This document shows, one piece after another, positions 9,128-18,926 of a DNA stretch of 64,000 nt. The notes below the pieces were generated by a model, which was not told the origin of the DNA, searched no databases, and saw nothing but the letters and a program-made list of their open reading frames with translations. The stretch's first letter is position 1. Every line of letters begins with the position of its first letter. The position numbers and the translations under genes are program-made. The stretch lies in contig CAZDPG010000001.1 of assembly GCA_964507275.1 (NCBI GenBank), forward strand, positions 86,503 to 150,502, read 5' to 3'. This DNA comes from an uncultured Candidatus Saccharibacteria bacterium (GTDB taxonomy: Bacteria > Patescibacteriota > Minisyncoccia > Phycocordibacterales > Phycocordibacteraceae).

Positions 9128-9796
9128 TTATCTTGTTCTTGAAGTCGTTGTCGCAAGCGCCCCCTTGGGGAATTGTTTCTCGAGGTCATCGAGCGAGGTA
9201 AATCCATACGATTGCTTGCCGTTTATGACGAACGCGGGAAGCTTGTTCTGCACCTTCATGACCGCTTCGAGTGTCTTCAGGGCACCGAGGTCGAGGTTGT
9301 AGTCGAAGGAGTAGACACGGAGTGATGGATACGTGGTGCGCAGGTATGAAAGCGCATAGCCAGCCTTGTCGCAATCGGCGCAGTCACCAGCATTGCTATA
9401 GAAATAGAGGACCGTCACCGGCTTCGTGCCGCAGGCTGCCGCGAGCTGCTTGGTGAGGAGATAGTCACGGATCTCAAGAAGGGAATAGCGTTCCTTCAGT
9501 CGCACGACCTGAGGGTTATCGATGCCGAGCTGGTCCTCGGCTGTTGCGAGCCGGCTACCGAGATCGGACAGCTCGCTTGCGAGCATCGTTGACGATGCTG
9601 CACTATCGCACGGTGTCGCAGCGAGGAGTGAGAGCTGTGTATCGAGCGAGAGAGTATCGATCGAGAGCTGGTCTTCTATTGCACCGAGCTCAGCGATACG
9701 GGCGCGATTAAGGTATCCGACAGCATACGCCACCGTGCCAGCGAGCACGATTGTGATGAAAAGCGATATAAGGACATTTCGAGTTACGAGAGACAT
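9128..9796 (-). CDS. Membrane-anchored coiled-coil plus thioredoxin-like (CxxC) protein
   Basis: N-terminal TM, VLYFYSNAGDCADC, cis-Pro-like LPAFVING. Confidence 0.7.
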   Translation of the reverse strand: MSLVTRNVLISLFITIVLAGTVAYAVGYLNRARIAELGAIEDQLSIDTLSLDTQLSLLAATPCDSAASSTMLASELSDLGSRLATAEDQLGIDNPQVVRLKERYSLLEIRDYLLTKQLAAACGTKPVTVLYFYSNAGDCADCDKAGYALSYLRTTYPSLRVYSFDYNLDLGALKTLEAVMKVQNKLPAFVINGKQSYGFTSLDDLEKQFPKGALATTTSRTR

Positions 9797-9806
9797 GTAT
9801 AGATAG

Positions 9807-11045
9807 TTATTCGCGCCATCCGCGTTCCTTACTGAGAGTCACGTCAGCGGTAGCACGCATGAGCCAGAGCGGTGCGACAAATCCATAGAGGAAGGTGTAG
9901 GAGATGAGACCGAGTACGATTTTCCCCGGAGTCTTGGAGATATATTTCCCGATAACGACGAAGGAGAGCGATATGAGCAATGTCGCGATGCTGAGGATAA
10001 GCAGGAAATCTACTGGCACGTAGAACCAGTCGAACGTACCGTGCGGGAGGAGCGCGTAGGAGAGCGGGATGCCCGCACGAACCTCAATGGCCGTAACGAG
10101 ACTCTGCGAAAGTTGGAAGAGCATAAGGAAGAAGACGAAGATGCCGCTGCCGATGGTGAGGACAGCGGTTGGAAGCACAAGCATGCCGAGGACGCCGTGT
10201 TTGGGTGAGCCGACGAGGTCGCGGTATTCACCGAGAACGTTACGGATGAATCCTGCGGTCCAGCGTGTGCGCTGCTTCACGAGCTTGGTGAGGGTATTCG
10301 GCGACTTGGTATAGACGCGCGCTCTCGGTGCGTTCTCTATCTCGTAGCCCGCACGCTGGATGCGGAGCGCCATTTCCATGTCTTCGGTCTGGTGCGCGTG
10401 ACGGAATGCGCCGAGTTCGTCGAGGATGCTGCGGCGGTAGAAAGAGAACGGTCCGGGAGTGACGTAGAGGCCGTTGATCGAGGCGAAGACGTGCCGGTAG
10501 GTGATACCGAAGGCATATTCGGCCGCCTGCATGTGCTGAAGCAGACTCTTGGGTTCATGTACCGACATGGCCGCAGTCACCGCCGCGACCTTCTCACGCT
10601 CAAAGCACGGAATGATCTCTTTGAGGGCATCCGGCTCGACGAAGGAATCGGCATCGAGGCAGCCGATGAACTCAGCCCCGGTGGAGGCGATACCGGCGTT
10701 CAGCGCGGTGTGCTTCCCGCCGTTCTCCTTGCGAATGATGCTCACGAGCGGATGGTCGGCGAAACGTGCCATAGCGAGAGGGGTAGCATCGGTCGATCCG
10801 TCGTCGACGAGGATTATCTCGAGCTTGTCTGAAGGGTAGTCAAGCGCAAGGAGCGATTCGCAGGTCGCGGCTATGGTCGTGGCTTCGTTCCAGCAGGGCA
10901 CGATGATAGCGACCGATGGTGCAGCTTCGCCCGGCCGTCTCGCCCGGCCGTCTCGCGCTGGCTTCGAGAGGAGTGTCACGAGGACGAACGACTCGAAGAA
11001 TATGGCGAGGAATATGAAAGGATACGTCAGCACCTCTGGGCTCAT
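9807..11045 (-). CDS. Processive GT2 glycosyltransferase (PgaC/IcaA/cellulose-synthase-like)
   Basis: IVPCWNE, DDGSTD, KHTALN, LDADS, TED, QRTRW and flanking TM helices. Confidence 0.92.
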   Translation of the reverse strand: MSPEVLTYPFIFLAIFFESFVLVTLLSKPARDGRARRPGEAAPSVAIIVPCWNEATTIAATCESLLALDYPSDKLEIILVDDGSTDATPLAMARFADHPLVSIIRKENGGKHTALNAGIASTGAEFIGCLDADSFVEPDALKEIIPCFEREKVAAVTAAMSVHEPKSLLQHMQAAEYAFGITYRHVFASINGLYVTPGPFSFYRRSILDELGAFRHAHQTEDMEMALRIQRAGYEIENAPRARVYTKSPNTLTKLVKQRTRWTAGFIRNVLGEYRDLVGSPKHGVLGMLVLPTAVLTIGSGIFVFFLMLFQLSQSLVTAIEVRAGIPLSYALLPHGTFDWFYVPVDFLLILSIATLLISLSFVVIGKYISKTPGKIVLGLISYTFLYGFVAPLWLMRATADVTLSKERGWRE

Positions 11046-11095
11046 GATGACGTAACTCTAGCACATTTCTCCTTTTTGCTGTTATATTTTGAGGC

Positions 11096-11833
11096 ATGAC
11101 TCAATCGGGCCGGTTGCACCCTATTTCCATCAGTATCCGCGAGATTGCGGACATATTCGGCCGCATGGGATTCGGCATCGCCTACGGACCGGAGCTCGAA
11201 GACGACTGGCATAACTTCACGGCGCTGAACGTCCCCGAGGACCATCCCGCGCGCGATATGCAGGACACCTTCTGGATCAAGGGAGAGCCGGGGAAGGTAT
11301 TGCGCACACATACGACCTCGGTCACGATGCGCGCGCTCGAGGAGATGGCGAAGACGGGGGCAACCGAAATGCGTCGTATTAATCCGGGCAAGGTCTTCCG
11401 CAACGAAGCGACTGATATGACGCATGAAGCGCAGTTCTATCAGCTCGATGGATTCGCTGTCGGGCCGACCGGCTCGGTGACGCTCGCTCACTTGAAGGGC
11501 ACGTTCGACACTTTCTATCGGGAATACTTCGGACCGAACACGAAAGTGCGCTTCCGCCCGAGCTTCTTCGGCTTCACTGAGCCGTCGGTCGAGATAGATG
11601 TGTGGTTCGAAGCACCAGGGAAGGAGGGGCGGTGGCTTGAGGTCGCGGGGGCGGGAATGCTTCATCCGAACGTGCTTCGGAACGCAGGACTCGATCCCGA
11701 GAAGGTACAGGGCTTTGCGTTCGGCGGCGGGCTTGAGCGGCTGATCATGGTGAAGTACGGTATACCCGACGTGCGCCTCTTCCACTCAGGCGATATCCGT
11801 TTCGTGTATGGGTTCGAGGAAAAGAAGATATGA
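11096..11833 (+). CDS. pheS: Phenylalanine-tRNA ligase alpha subunit (no N-terminal coiled coil)
   Basis: HPARDMQDTF, LRTHT, FRPSFFGFTEPS, GFAFGGGLERL. Confidence 0.96.
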   Translation: MTQSGRLHPISISIREIADIFGRMGFGIAYGPELEDDWHNFTALNVPEDHPARDMQDTFWIKGEPGKVLRTHTTSVTMRALEEMAKTGATEMRRINPGKVFRNEATDMTHEAQFYQLDGFAVGPTGSVTLAHLKGTFDTFYREYFGPNTKVRFRPSFFGFTEPSVEIDVWFEAPGKEGRWLEVAGAGMLHPNVLRNAGLDPEKVQGFAFGGGLERLIMVKYGIPDVRLFHSGDIRFVYGFEEKKI

Positions 11834-13644
11834 AGATTTCGCGCGCATGGCTTCAGACCTATTTCGATACCCCTCTGCCTCCGGCAGAGAAGATAGCAGA
11901 TGCCTATACGTTCCACGCTTTTGAGATAGACGAGATGGAGGGCGACCTGATGGATGTAAAGGTGCTGCCGAATCGAGCGGCAGACTGCCTGAGCCATCGC
12001 GGACTCGCGAAGGAGCTCTCTGCGATACTCGACGTGCCGCTTGCGCATGACCCGCTTCGTGCCGTGATGTCTGATTTCGAGCGCACCGAGGCGCTCGCGG
12101 TCCGGATCGAGGACCCGAAGAAATGTCTGCGCTATATGGGAGCGCTCGTGAAGGGTGTGAAGGTGGGTCCGTCACCCGCATGGCTCACCGAGGCTCTCGA
12201 GGCGGTCGGGCAGCGTTCCATCAATAACGTCGTCGACGCGACGAATTACGTGATGCTCAATATAGGACAACCGCTCCATGCATTCGATGCGGCGAAGCTC
12301 AAGTCGGAGGACGGGACGTATGCCATTGGTGTACGCAGCGCGAAGGAGGGCGAGAAGATCACGACCTTGTCGGGCGAGGAATACGCGCTCACACCGAACA
12401 TCCAGATCGTCACTGATGCGCATGCAGATGCGCCTATCGCTCTTGCGGGTATAAAGGGAGGTAAAGCAGCAGAGCTCACGGCGGATACGGTCGACATCAT
12501 CGTGGAGTCAGCGAACTTCGACGGCACGACGACGCGCCGTGCGGCGCAAGCGCTCAAGCTCTTCACTGACGCCAGTCTGCGTTTCCAGAACCGCCCTTCG
12601 CCCGAGCTTGCGGCGTATGGCATGCGCGACGTACTCGCGATCATCGCTGACATCGCCGGCGGGGAAGTGGTAAGCGTGGTTGATGAATACCCGTCTCGCC
12701 CCGAGAGGAGTCGAGAGGTCTCCGTCTCGCTCTCAAAGATTAATAGTGTTCTCGGTTCAGATTTCTCCCATGAAGACGTCGCACAAGTATTCAAACGCCT
12801 CGGATTGGATACGGCAGTCGAAGAAGATGTCTTCACCGTCACGCCGCCTTTCGAGCGTACCGATCTCATCATCCCTGAAGATCTCATCGAAGAAGTCGGG
12901 CGCACGATTGGGTATGACCGTATCGTGTCACAGGAATTGTCAGCATCGGCAGTTGCACCTGACCAGGCGCGGTATCGCGGCATGGAGCGGATGAAGGACC
13001 AGCTCGTCGAGCAGGGCTTCATCGAAGTTTCGACGCAATCGTTTGCCAAGAAAGGCGATATCGCACTCGCGAACCCGCTCAATAAGGGAATGCCCGCATT
13101 GCGCACGAATCTCGAAGATAATCTGAAGTCGGCGCTTGAACAAGCGAAGCACTACGCGCCGCTCGTCCTTCTTCCAGGACAGAAGCCGAAGCTTTTCGAG
13201 ATTGGGACTGTCTTCCCGAAAGAGGGCGAGTTCGTCGAGCTCCGCATGACCGAGCGTGTACCGGCATGGGGTGAGAACGCAGGAACATCTGATAATCTCT
13301 CAGTCGCGAAGCTCGAGGAGTACGGGAAAGACTATGCGCCAGTGCGGTATGCGCTCGGTGCGTATCAGTCGTTCTCGAATTATCCGTTCATTGCCCGTGA
13401 TATTGCGCTCTGGGTGTCGAGTGATGTGGCGGAAAGCGATATTGAAAAGATAATTCATGAGCGTGCAACCGAGCTCCTCGTGCGCTTCGATCAGTTCGAT
13501 CGGTTTGAAAAAGAGGGGAGAGTGTCCTACGCCTTCCGGCTCGTGTTCCAGTCGATGGACCGCACGCTTACTGATGATGAAGTGAACGGCATCATGGACA
13601 CCATCTCCGCCTCACTCCGCGAGGCGGGGTACGAGGTGCGTTAG
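11830..13644 (+). CDS. pheT: Phenylalanine-tRNA ligase beta subunit (reduced)
   Basis: PNRAADCLSHRG, SINNVVDATNY, DLIEEVGR, C-terminal FDX-ACB (RTLTDDEV). Confidence 0.95.
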   Translation: MKISRAWLQTYFDTPLPPAEKIADAYTFHAFEIDEMEGDLMDVKVLPNRAADCLSHRGLAKELSAILDVPLAHDPLRAVMSDFERTEALAVRIEDPKKCLRYMGALVKGVKVGPSPAWLTEALEAVGQRSINNVVDATNYVMLNIGQPLHAFDAAKLKSEDGTYAIGVRSAKEGEKITTLSGEEYALTPNIQIVTDAHADAPIALAGIKGGKAAELTADTVDIIVESANFDGTTTRRAAQALKLFTDASLRFQNRPSPELAAYGMRDVLAIIADIAGGEVVSVVDEYPSRPERSREVSVSLSKINSVLGSDFSHEDVAQVFKRLGLDTAVEEDVFTVTPPFERTDLIIPEDLIEEVGRTIGYDRIVSQELSASAVAPDQARYRGMERMKDQLVEQGFIEVSTQSFAKKGDIALANPLNKGMPALRTNLEDNLKSALEQAKHYAPLVLLPGQKPKLFEIGTVFPKEGEFVELRMTERVPAWGENAGTSDNLSVAKLEEYGKDYAPVRYALGAYQSFSNYPFIARDIALWVSSDVAESDIEKIIHERATELLVRFDQFDRFEKEGRVSYAFRLVFQSMDRTLTDDEVNGIMDTISASLREAGYEVR

Positions 13645-13709
13645 TTTTATAGGAAAACAAGGATCCGCCAAGTGTCTTTCGACATGGCGGATTGAATTTC
13701 GAACGGTAA

Positions 13710-14114
13710 TCAGAGAGACCAGAGGATGGTCGGCCGCTTCGGGCCAAGAGACACGACTTTCATCGACCACCAGCTGGCGAACCGCACGTCCTGATGGAAG
13801 AGGCGGATGGAGGCTTTCGCGCCCGCGATGACGATTGGTATCGTCAGACTAAGGCTGAGCAATAAAGCCGTCCCCACCATGTCTTGTCCGTATACAGTGG
13901 TCTTGTCAACGGCGTAGCTGATTCCGGCCCAGAATACTGCAGTGAGCGTATAGACGAGGCCGAGAAGCAAGGTAAAAGGCTCGGCATCACAGTCTTCGTT
14001 CTTGAATCTCGAGATGAAGCCTCGTCCGGCTAGGGCGAAATAACAGAACATCGTGGCGAGAAGTAGCAGGACTCCCAGCGTCTCTATGGTAGCGAACAAG
14101 GTAAAAGCGTTCAT
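13710..14114 (-). CDS. Hypothetical 3-TM membrane protein (ORFan islet)
   Basis: SD AAAGGAG 6 nt before the ATG; hydrophobic helices. Confidence 0.65.
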   Translation of the reverse strand: MNAFTLFATIETLGVLLLLATMFCYFALAGRGFISRFKNEDCDAEPFTLLLGLVYTLTAVFWAGISYAVDKTTVYGQDMVGTALLLSLSLTIPIVIAGAKASIRLFHQDVRFASWWSMKVVSLGPKRPTILWSL

Positions 14115-14280
14115 AAGCGACTCCTTTCTTCGGTCTGTCAGATTGAACTTCCCGAGGCGAAGAATACCACAGACAAGTATCCTGTAAAGTCGTTGCGGGA
14201 GCGGCTAGAATCATTGATTTCGGGCAGGAAAATAAGGTCAATTCGTGCTATACTAAGGATACCGGAATCCGGCTATTTTT

Positions 14281-16347
14281 ATGGCTAAAACAAGCGAAAA
14301 AGAACCGAAACAGAAGGCGTACGACGCCTCTTCTATTACCGTCCTCGAAGGGCTAGAACCGGTCCGCAAACGTCCGGGCATGTACATCGGGACCACAGGT
14401 CCCGAAGGTCTCCATCATCTCGTGTGGGAGATCTTCGACAACGCGCGCGACGAGGCGATGGCCGGCCGCTGCGATGATATCGAAGTGGCGCTTCTGCCAG
14501 ACGGCTACGTGCGCGTCGCTGACAACGGCAACGGCATCCCGGTCGGTATCCACCCTAAGACGAAAGTCTCCGCACTTGAGACGATTATGACCGTGCTGCA
14601 TGCCGGTGGTAAGTTCGATAACGAGGCATACAAAGTTTCGGGCGGTCTGCACGGCGTCGGCGCCTCGGTGGTGAATGCGCTCTCTGAGCACACGAAGGTC
14701 GTCGTGCATCAGGACGGCGGCATGCACCTACAGGAATACAAGATCGGCAAGCCGCTCGCGAAGGTGAAGAAGGTCGGTACCTCCAAGGAGCATGGCACAA
14801 TCGTGCTCTTCAAGCCGGACATCACCATCTTCAAGGAAGGAGTCGTATACGATCTCGATAAGATCGTGACGCGTCTGCGCCAGCAGGCATATCTCGTGAA
14901 GGGCGTGCGCATTTCGGTCGTTGATGCGCGTACCGAGAAGAAGGGTTTCGAGACGGAGACTATTTTCCTGCGCGAGCAGAAGCTCGACGTCCCCTCGACC
15001 ACGTTCTACTTCGAGGGCGGACTGAAGTCGCTCGTCGCTTTCTATAATCGGCACCAAGCGCCTGTACATAAGAACATTTTCTATATCGATCGCGAGCAGG
15101 ACAAAGTGGCGGTCGAGGTCGCGCTCCAGTATGTCGATGACATAACTCCAAGGATCACCGCGTTTGCAAACAATATCTATAACAGCGAGGGAGGCACGCA
15201 CATCACCGGCTTCAAAACCGCGCTCACGCGCTCTCTGAATACCTACGGACGAGCGGCAAATATCCTGAAAGAGAAGGATGAGAACTTCACGGGCGACGAC
15301 GTGCTTGAGGGTATCACGGCGGTCGTGTCGGTGAAGCTTCCCGAAATCCAGTTCGAGGGACAGACGAAGGCAAAGCTCGGCTCGATGGAGGCACAGGGCG
15401 CCGTCGCTACTGTCTTCGGTGAAGCACTCGCAGCCTTCCTCGAAGAGAATCCAGACGATGCGCGCTCGATCATCAACAAAGTGCTCCTCGCACTGAAGGC
15501 GCGTAAGGCCGCGAAGGCCGCGAAGGACTCGGTGCTCCGTAAGGGTGCGCTCGAGGGTATGACGCTCCCGGGCAAGCTCGCTGACTGCCAGACCAAGAGT
15601 GCGGAGGAGAGCGAGATCTTCATTGTGGAAGGAGACTCGGCCGGTGGTACCGCGAAGATGGGTCGCGATCGCCGCACGCAAGCCATCCTTCCACTGCGCG
15701 GTAAGATCCTCAACGTCGAGCGCGCACGTATCGACAAGATGCTCGCTTCCGAACAGGTGCGCAATCTCGTGGTGGCGATGGGCACCGCTATCGGCGACGT
15801 GTTCGACCTCTCGAAGCTGCGCTACCACAAGATTATCATCGCGACCGACGCCGACGTCGACGGTGCGCACATCCGCACGCTCATCCTCACGCTCTTCTAT
15901 CGTCACTTCCGCGCGATACTCGATGGCGGGTTCGTATACATCGCGCAGCCGCCTCTCTATAAGATTTCGAAGGGAAAGACCGTCGTATATGCGTATTCCG
16001 ATCCTGAGAAGGAAAGAGCGCTCAAGGAACTGGGCGTCGCTCCGACAGAAGTAGCGGTCGTCGGCGAAGAAGAGGAACCTACTACGCTAGAAGCGGAAGA
16101 AGAGGTCGCAGCAGCAGTAAAGAAATCAGCGAAAGCGAGCGTACAGCGCTACAAGGGTCTCGGCGAAATGAATGCGAGCGAACTCTGGGAGACCACGATG
16201 GACCCGGCGCGTCGCGTGCTGAAGCAGGTGACCGTCGATGATGCTGAGGCTGCTGACCGCATCTTTGATATTCTCATGGGCACGGATGTCGCCGCGCGCA
16301 AGTCGTTCATCCAGTCAAACGCGAAGTTGGCGAATTTGGACGTATAG
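14281..16347 (+). CDS. gyrB: DNA gyrase subunit B
   Basis: LEGLEPVRKRPGMYIG, GGLHGVG, EGDSAGG, PLRGK, DADVDG, QRYKGLGEM. Confidence 0.96.
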   Translation: MAKTSEKEPKQKAYDASSITVLEGLEPVRKRPGMYIGTTGPEGLHHLVWEIFDNARDEAMAGRCDDIEVALLPDGYVRVADNGNGIPVGIHPKTKVSALETIMTVLHAGGKFDNEAYKVSGGLHGVGASVVNALSEHTKVVVHQDGGMHLQEYKIGKPLAKVKKVGTSKEHGTIVLFKPDITIFKEGVVYDLDKIVTRLRQQAYLVKGVRISVVDARTEKKGFETETIFLREQKLDVPSTTFYFEGGLKSLVAFYNRHQAPVHKNIFYIDREQDKVAVEVALQYVDDITPRITAFANNIYNSEGGTHITGFKTALTRSLNTYGRAANILKEKDENFTGDDVLEGITAVVSVKLPEIQFEGQTKAKLGSMEAQGAVATVFGEALAAFLEENPDDARSIINKVLLALKARKAAKAAKDSVLRKGALEGMTLPGKLADCQTKSAEESEIFIVEGDSAGGTAKMGRDRRTQAILPLRGKILNVERARIDKMLASEQVRNLVVAMGTAIGDVFDLSKLRYHKIIIATDADVDGAHIRTLILTLFYRHFRAILDGGFVYIAQPPLYKISKGKTVVYAYSDPEKERALKELGVAPTEVAVVGEEEEPTTLEAEEEVAAAVKKSAKASVQRYKGLGEMNASELWETTMDPARRVLKQVTVDDAEAADRIFDILMGTDVAARKSFIQSNAKLANLDV

Positions 16348-16351
16348 ATAC

Positions 16352-16396
16352 AAAAAAAGAAAGCAGCGCCGAATCATACGGCGCTGTTTTTTATTT
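16352..16396. terminator. Bidirectional intrinsic terminator
   Basis: A-tract, GCAGCGCCG-loop-CGGCGCTGT, T-tract between convergent genes. Confidence 0.8.
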
Positions 16397-16412
16397 GAAA
16401 CACTCCGGTTCT

Positions 16413-17144
16413 CTATCCGGGAATCTGCTCGCGGGCCTGCTTGGCTTCCGCTACGATCCTTCTGGATTCATGAATCAACTGTTGCAGAGGTGCCGTTGCG
16501 GTCTCGAATCTCTCCTCCATCCCGGCGGCAGTCCTTCTCGCGATTTGCAACATATCGCTGTATTCCTTTTCAGGGAGTAACGACGTCTCAGTTGCGGGAT
16601 CTCTCATGTACTCCAAGAAATCCTCTTGGTCGCGTATCTGGGCCTGGAGCGCTAGGAAATGCTCTTGGCGCTTGATCTTGTATCGATCGTCGGCCTTCTC
16701 GTACGTCTCGCGCAGTCTGGCAAGGGATTTCTCGATCCTTGCCAAAGTCTCCTTCTTCATTCGCCGCGACATTTCCACTCGAGACTCGTGAAGGTGAAGT
16801 CCTGATTTCATGTCCTGCACCTCCCGAGAGAACTTCACGATGGCTGCCTCGCACATCGAGATGGTTATCTCCTCGCCGCGAATCATGGTATCGAGCTCTC
16901 TGCGGACGAGCTGCGGGTCCTTCCTCGCGACAAAGAACATGATGACCATACCCAAAGGGATGGCGGTCATGATTGCCGCAAGAAGAGCGAAGGGCCACAG
17001 CTTGCTGCCAATAGGATAGCCCAAGGCGGCCGCTATCATGATGGCTGAGAATACGAGCGCAAGCATCAAGACGAGCGGCACGAGTACTCGGATAGCGGCG
17101 GCCCGTCTCCCGGCTCGTTGCCGAGCTTCTTTCAGAACGTTCAT
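16413..17144 (-). CDS. Hypothetical protein with two TM helices and a coiled coil (ORFan islet)
   Basis: SD GAAAGGA, upstream TTGACA promoter, heptad-rich C-terminus. Confidence 0.7.
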   Translation of the reverse strand: MNVLKEARQRAGRRAAAIRVLVPLVLMLALVFSAIMIAAALGYPIGSKLWPFALLAAIMTAIPLGMVIMFFVARKDPQLVRRELDTMIRGEEITISMCEAAIVKFSREVQDMKSGLHLHESRVEMSRRMKKETLARIEKSLARLRETYEKADDRYKIKRQEHFLALQAQIRDQEDFLEYMRDPATETSLLPEKEYSDMLQIARRTAAGMEERFETATAPLQQLIHESRRIVAEAKQAREQIPG

Positions 17145-17237
17145 GACAGTTTCCTTTCAAATCCAACAGTGAGGAATATCCTCACTTCCGTGGTCATATA
17201 TACAATACATGCAGACATAGTGTCAAATCTCTCTATA

Positions 17238-17267
17238 GAAAAACCCGATCATATGACCGGGTTTTTC
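17238..17267 (-). terminator. Intrinsic terminator of the CARDB gene
   Basis: GAAAAACCCGATCA-TA-TGACCGGGTTTTTC hairpin. Confidence 0.7.
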
Positions 17268-17298
17268 TTACGTATGAGATTGCAGAGACAGGCTAGCG

Positions 17299-18066
17299 TT
17301 ACGATCCGAGGATGGTGATAGAGGTCGAGGCGGTATTGTTTGCCTTGCTCGATTCGGTGATGCCGCTGTCGAAGTTCGCGGTAATCGAGATGACTTTGTT
17401 CGTACCACTTATCGCCTGGTCGAAACCGAGTGTGTAGTCGATACTGTCTCCCGGGGCGAGCGTCTGCTGTGCAGGAGACTGATATACATAGGCGGTCTGT
17501 GTCGGGATAGATGCACTGAAGCGCCATGCGCCGCTCGCATTCGTGCCGACGTTCTTTACCGTGAAGCTGACTGCCGGACGGCTGCCGACCGGGACGGTCG
17601 AGCTTGCCACGAACGAGCTTGCTGAAGTCGTTGCGAGGTAGCCGATTTGGTTGATAGTCACAGAAAGGTCAGGGAGACCGGAGAGCGTCGCGGGTGAACC
17701 GCTGATCTCGGTGACGCTCGTGGTCTGTGCGCCGGCGACCGGCTTCACAGGCGTCGGGAGCGACGGCGTTTCATCCTCCGGAATATTTGTTACTGGTGTC
17801 GACGTAGCATCGCCAAACGGAATAGTCGTCGAAGCGGTGTCGATGACCGAGAGGGTAGGCTCGGCAGGAGTGAAGACTGAACCGAGATACACGGCAGCCG
17901 CACCCATGCGTCCGACTACCGACGGCACGAACTGTGTCGAGTAGATAGCAAGCCACATACCCGCACCTATAAGCGCGATGAACCCAACTATTGCGAGACC
18001 ATGCGTTGCCGCCTGGCGGGAAGGGAGGTCGTTTGCGTACATTTCCATATACTGAGTGTATAACAT
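17299..18066 (-). CDS. Membrane-anchored Ser/Thr-rich protein with C-terminal CARDB (Ig-like) domain
   Basis: TM helix, GLPDLSV, FTVKNVGT, LAPGDS, ITESSKANN. The start may be a later Met. Confidence 0.8.
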   Translation of the reverse strand: MLYTQYMEMYANDLPSRQAATHGLAIVGFIALIGAGMWLAIYSTQFVPSVVGRMGAAAVYLGSVFTPAEPTLSVIDTASTTIPFGDATSTPVTNIPEDETPSLPTPVKPVAGAQTTSVTEISGSPATLSGLPDLSVTINQIGYLATTSASSFVASSTVPVGSRPAVSFTVKNVGTNASGAWRFSASIPTQTAYVYQSPAQQTLAPGDSIDYTLGFDQAISGTNKVISITANFDSGITESSKANNTASTSITILGS

Positions 18067-18147
18067 GCCAATATTTTTATGTCAAGTACCCGCGCAGAGG
18101 GGGACTTGACATATTAATTACAATGGTGTATTTATGTATAAGACGAT

Positions 18148-18813
18148 ATGAAGGAAATCACCGGATTTACGGCGCAGCTCGCTGAGGCGATTGCGCGGGT
18201 ATATGCGAAGAAGGAGAACTTCTTCGGTGTTTTCACCGTCACATTCATCGGGAGCGTGCTTGTCCTCGCTTCGTTCGACCTCTTGCCGAGTCGCGCCCTC
18301 GTGCATGCCGAGCCGGACGTCGTACTCGGCACGAGCACGGTCGTGAACGCGAAATCGACTCCCGAGGATCCTGTGAAGATCGTCATCCCGACAATCGGGC
18401 TCTCGGCACCCGTTGCGAATCCGACGACGACCGATATCAAGACCCTTGACCAGAATCTACTTACGGGCGCCGTGCGCTACCCGACGTCAGCGCGTCTCGG
18501 CGAAACCGGAAATGTCGTCATCTTCGGACACTCGAGCTATCTGCCGGTTGTCGGCAATCAGGCATACAAGGCGTTCAACGGCATCCAGAAGCTCGTCGCG
18601 GGAGATACGATAACGGTATATTCATCCGGTACGGCATATACGTATCAGGTGCGCGATGTGGCGAAGGAGAGCGCGGCAAGCGATGCCGGGATCAATCTCG
18701 CCGTCACCGGCCGCGTGCTCACGCTCGCGACGTGCGATTCCTTCGGCGCGAAGAGTGATCGTTTCATCGTCACGGCAGATTTTGTCGAAAGTCACTCGGT
18801 CTCTACTCTGTAG
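18148..18813 (+). CDS. Sortase
   Basis: N-terminal TM; catalytic H (IFGHSS), C (LTLATC) and R (SDRFIV). Confidence 0.92.
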   Translation: MKEITGFTAQLAEAIARVYAKKENFFGVFTVTFIGSVLVLASFDLLPSRALVHAEPDVVLGTSTVVNAKSTPEDPVKIVIPTIGLSAPVANPTTTDIKTLDQNLLTGAVRYPTSARLGETGNVVIFGHSSYLPVVGNQAYKAFNGIQKLVAGDTITVYSSGTAYTYQVRDVAKESAASDAGINLAVTGRVLTLATCDSFGAKSDRFIVTADFVESHSVSTL

Positions 18814-18926
18814 AGGTCGGCTGACTCTCCGCAAACGGGGAGAGAAGTTCTTTGAACCAGTGTTCGGCCATCGGTCGGACGTGTCCAACCAAATGTCGCC
18901 TGTGCGGCACAGCAAAGGAGAGCAAC

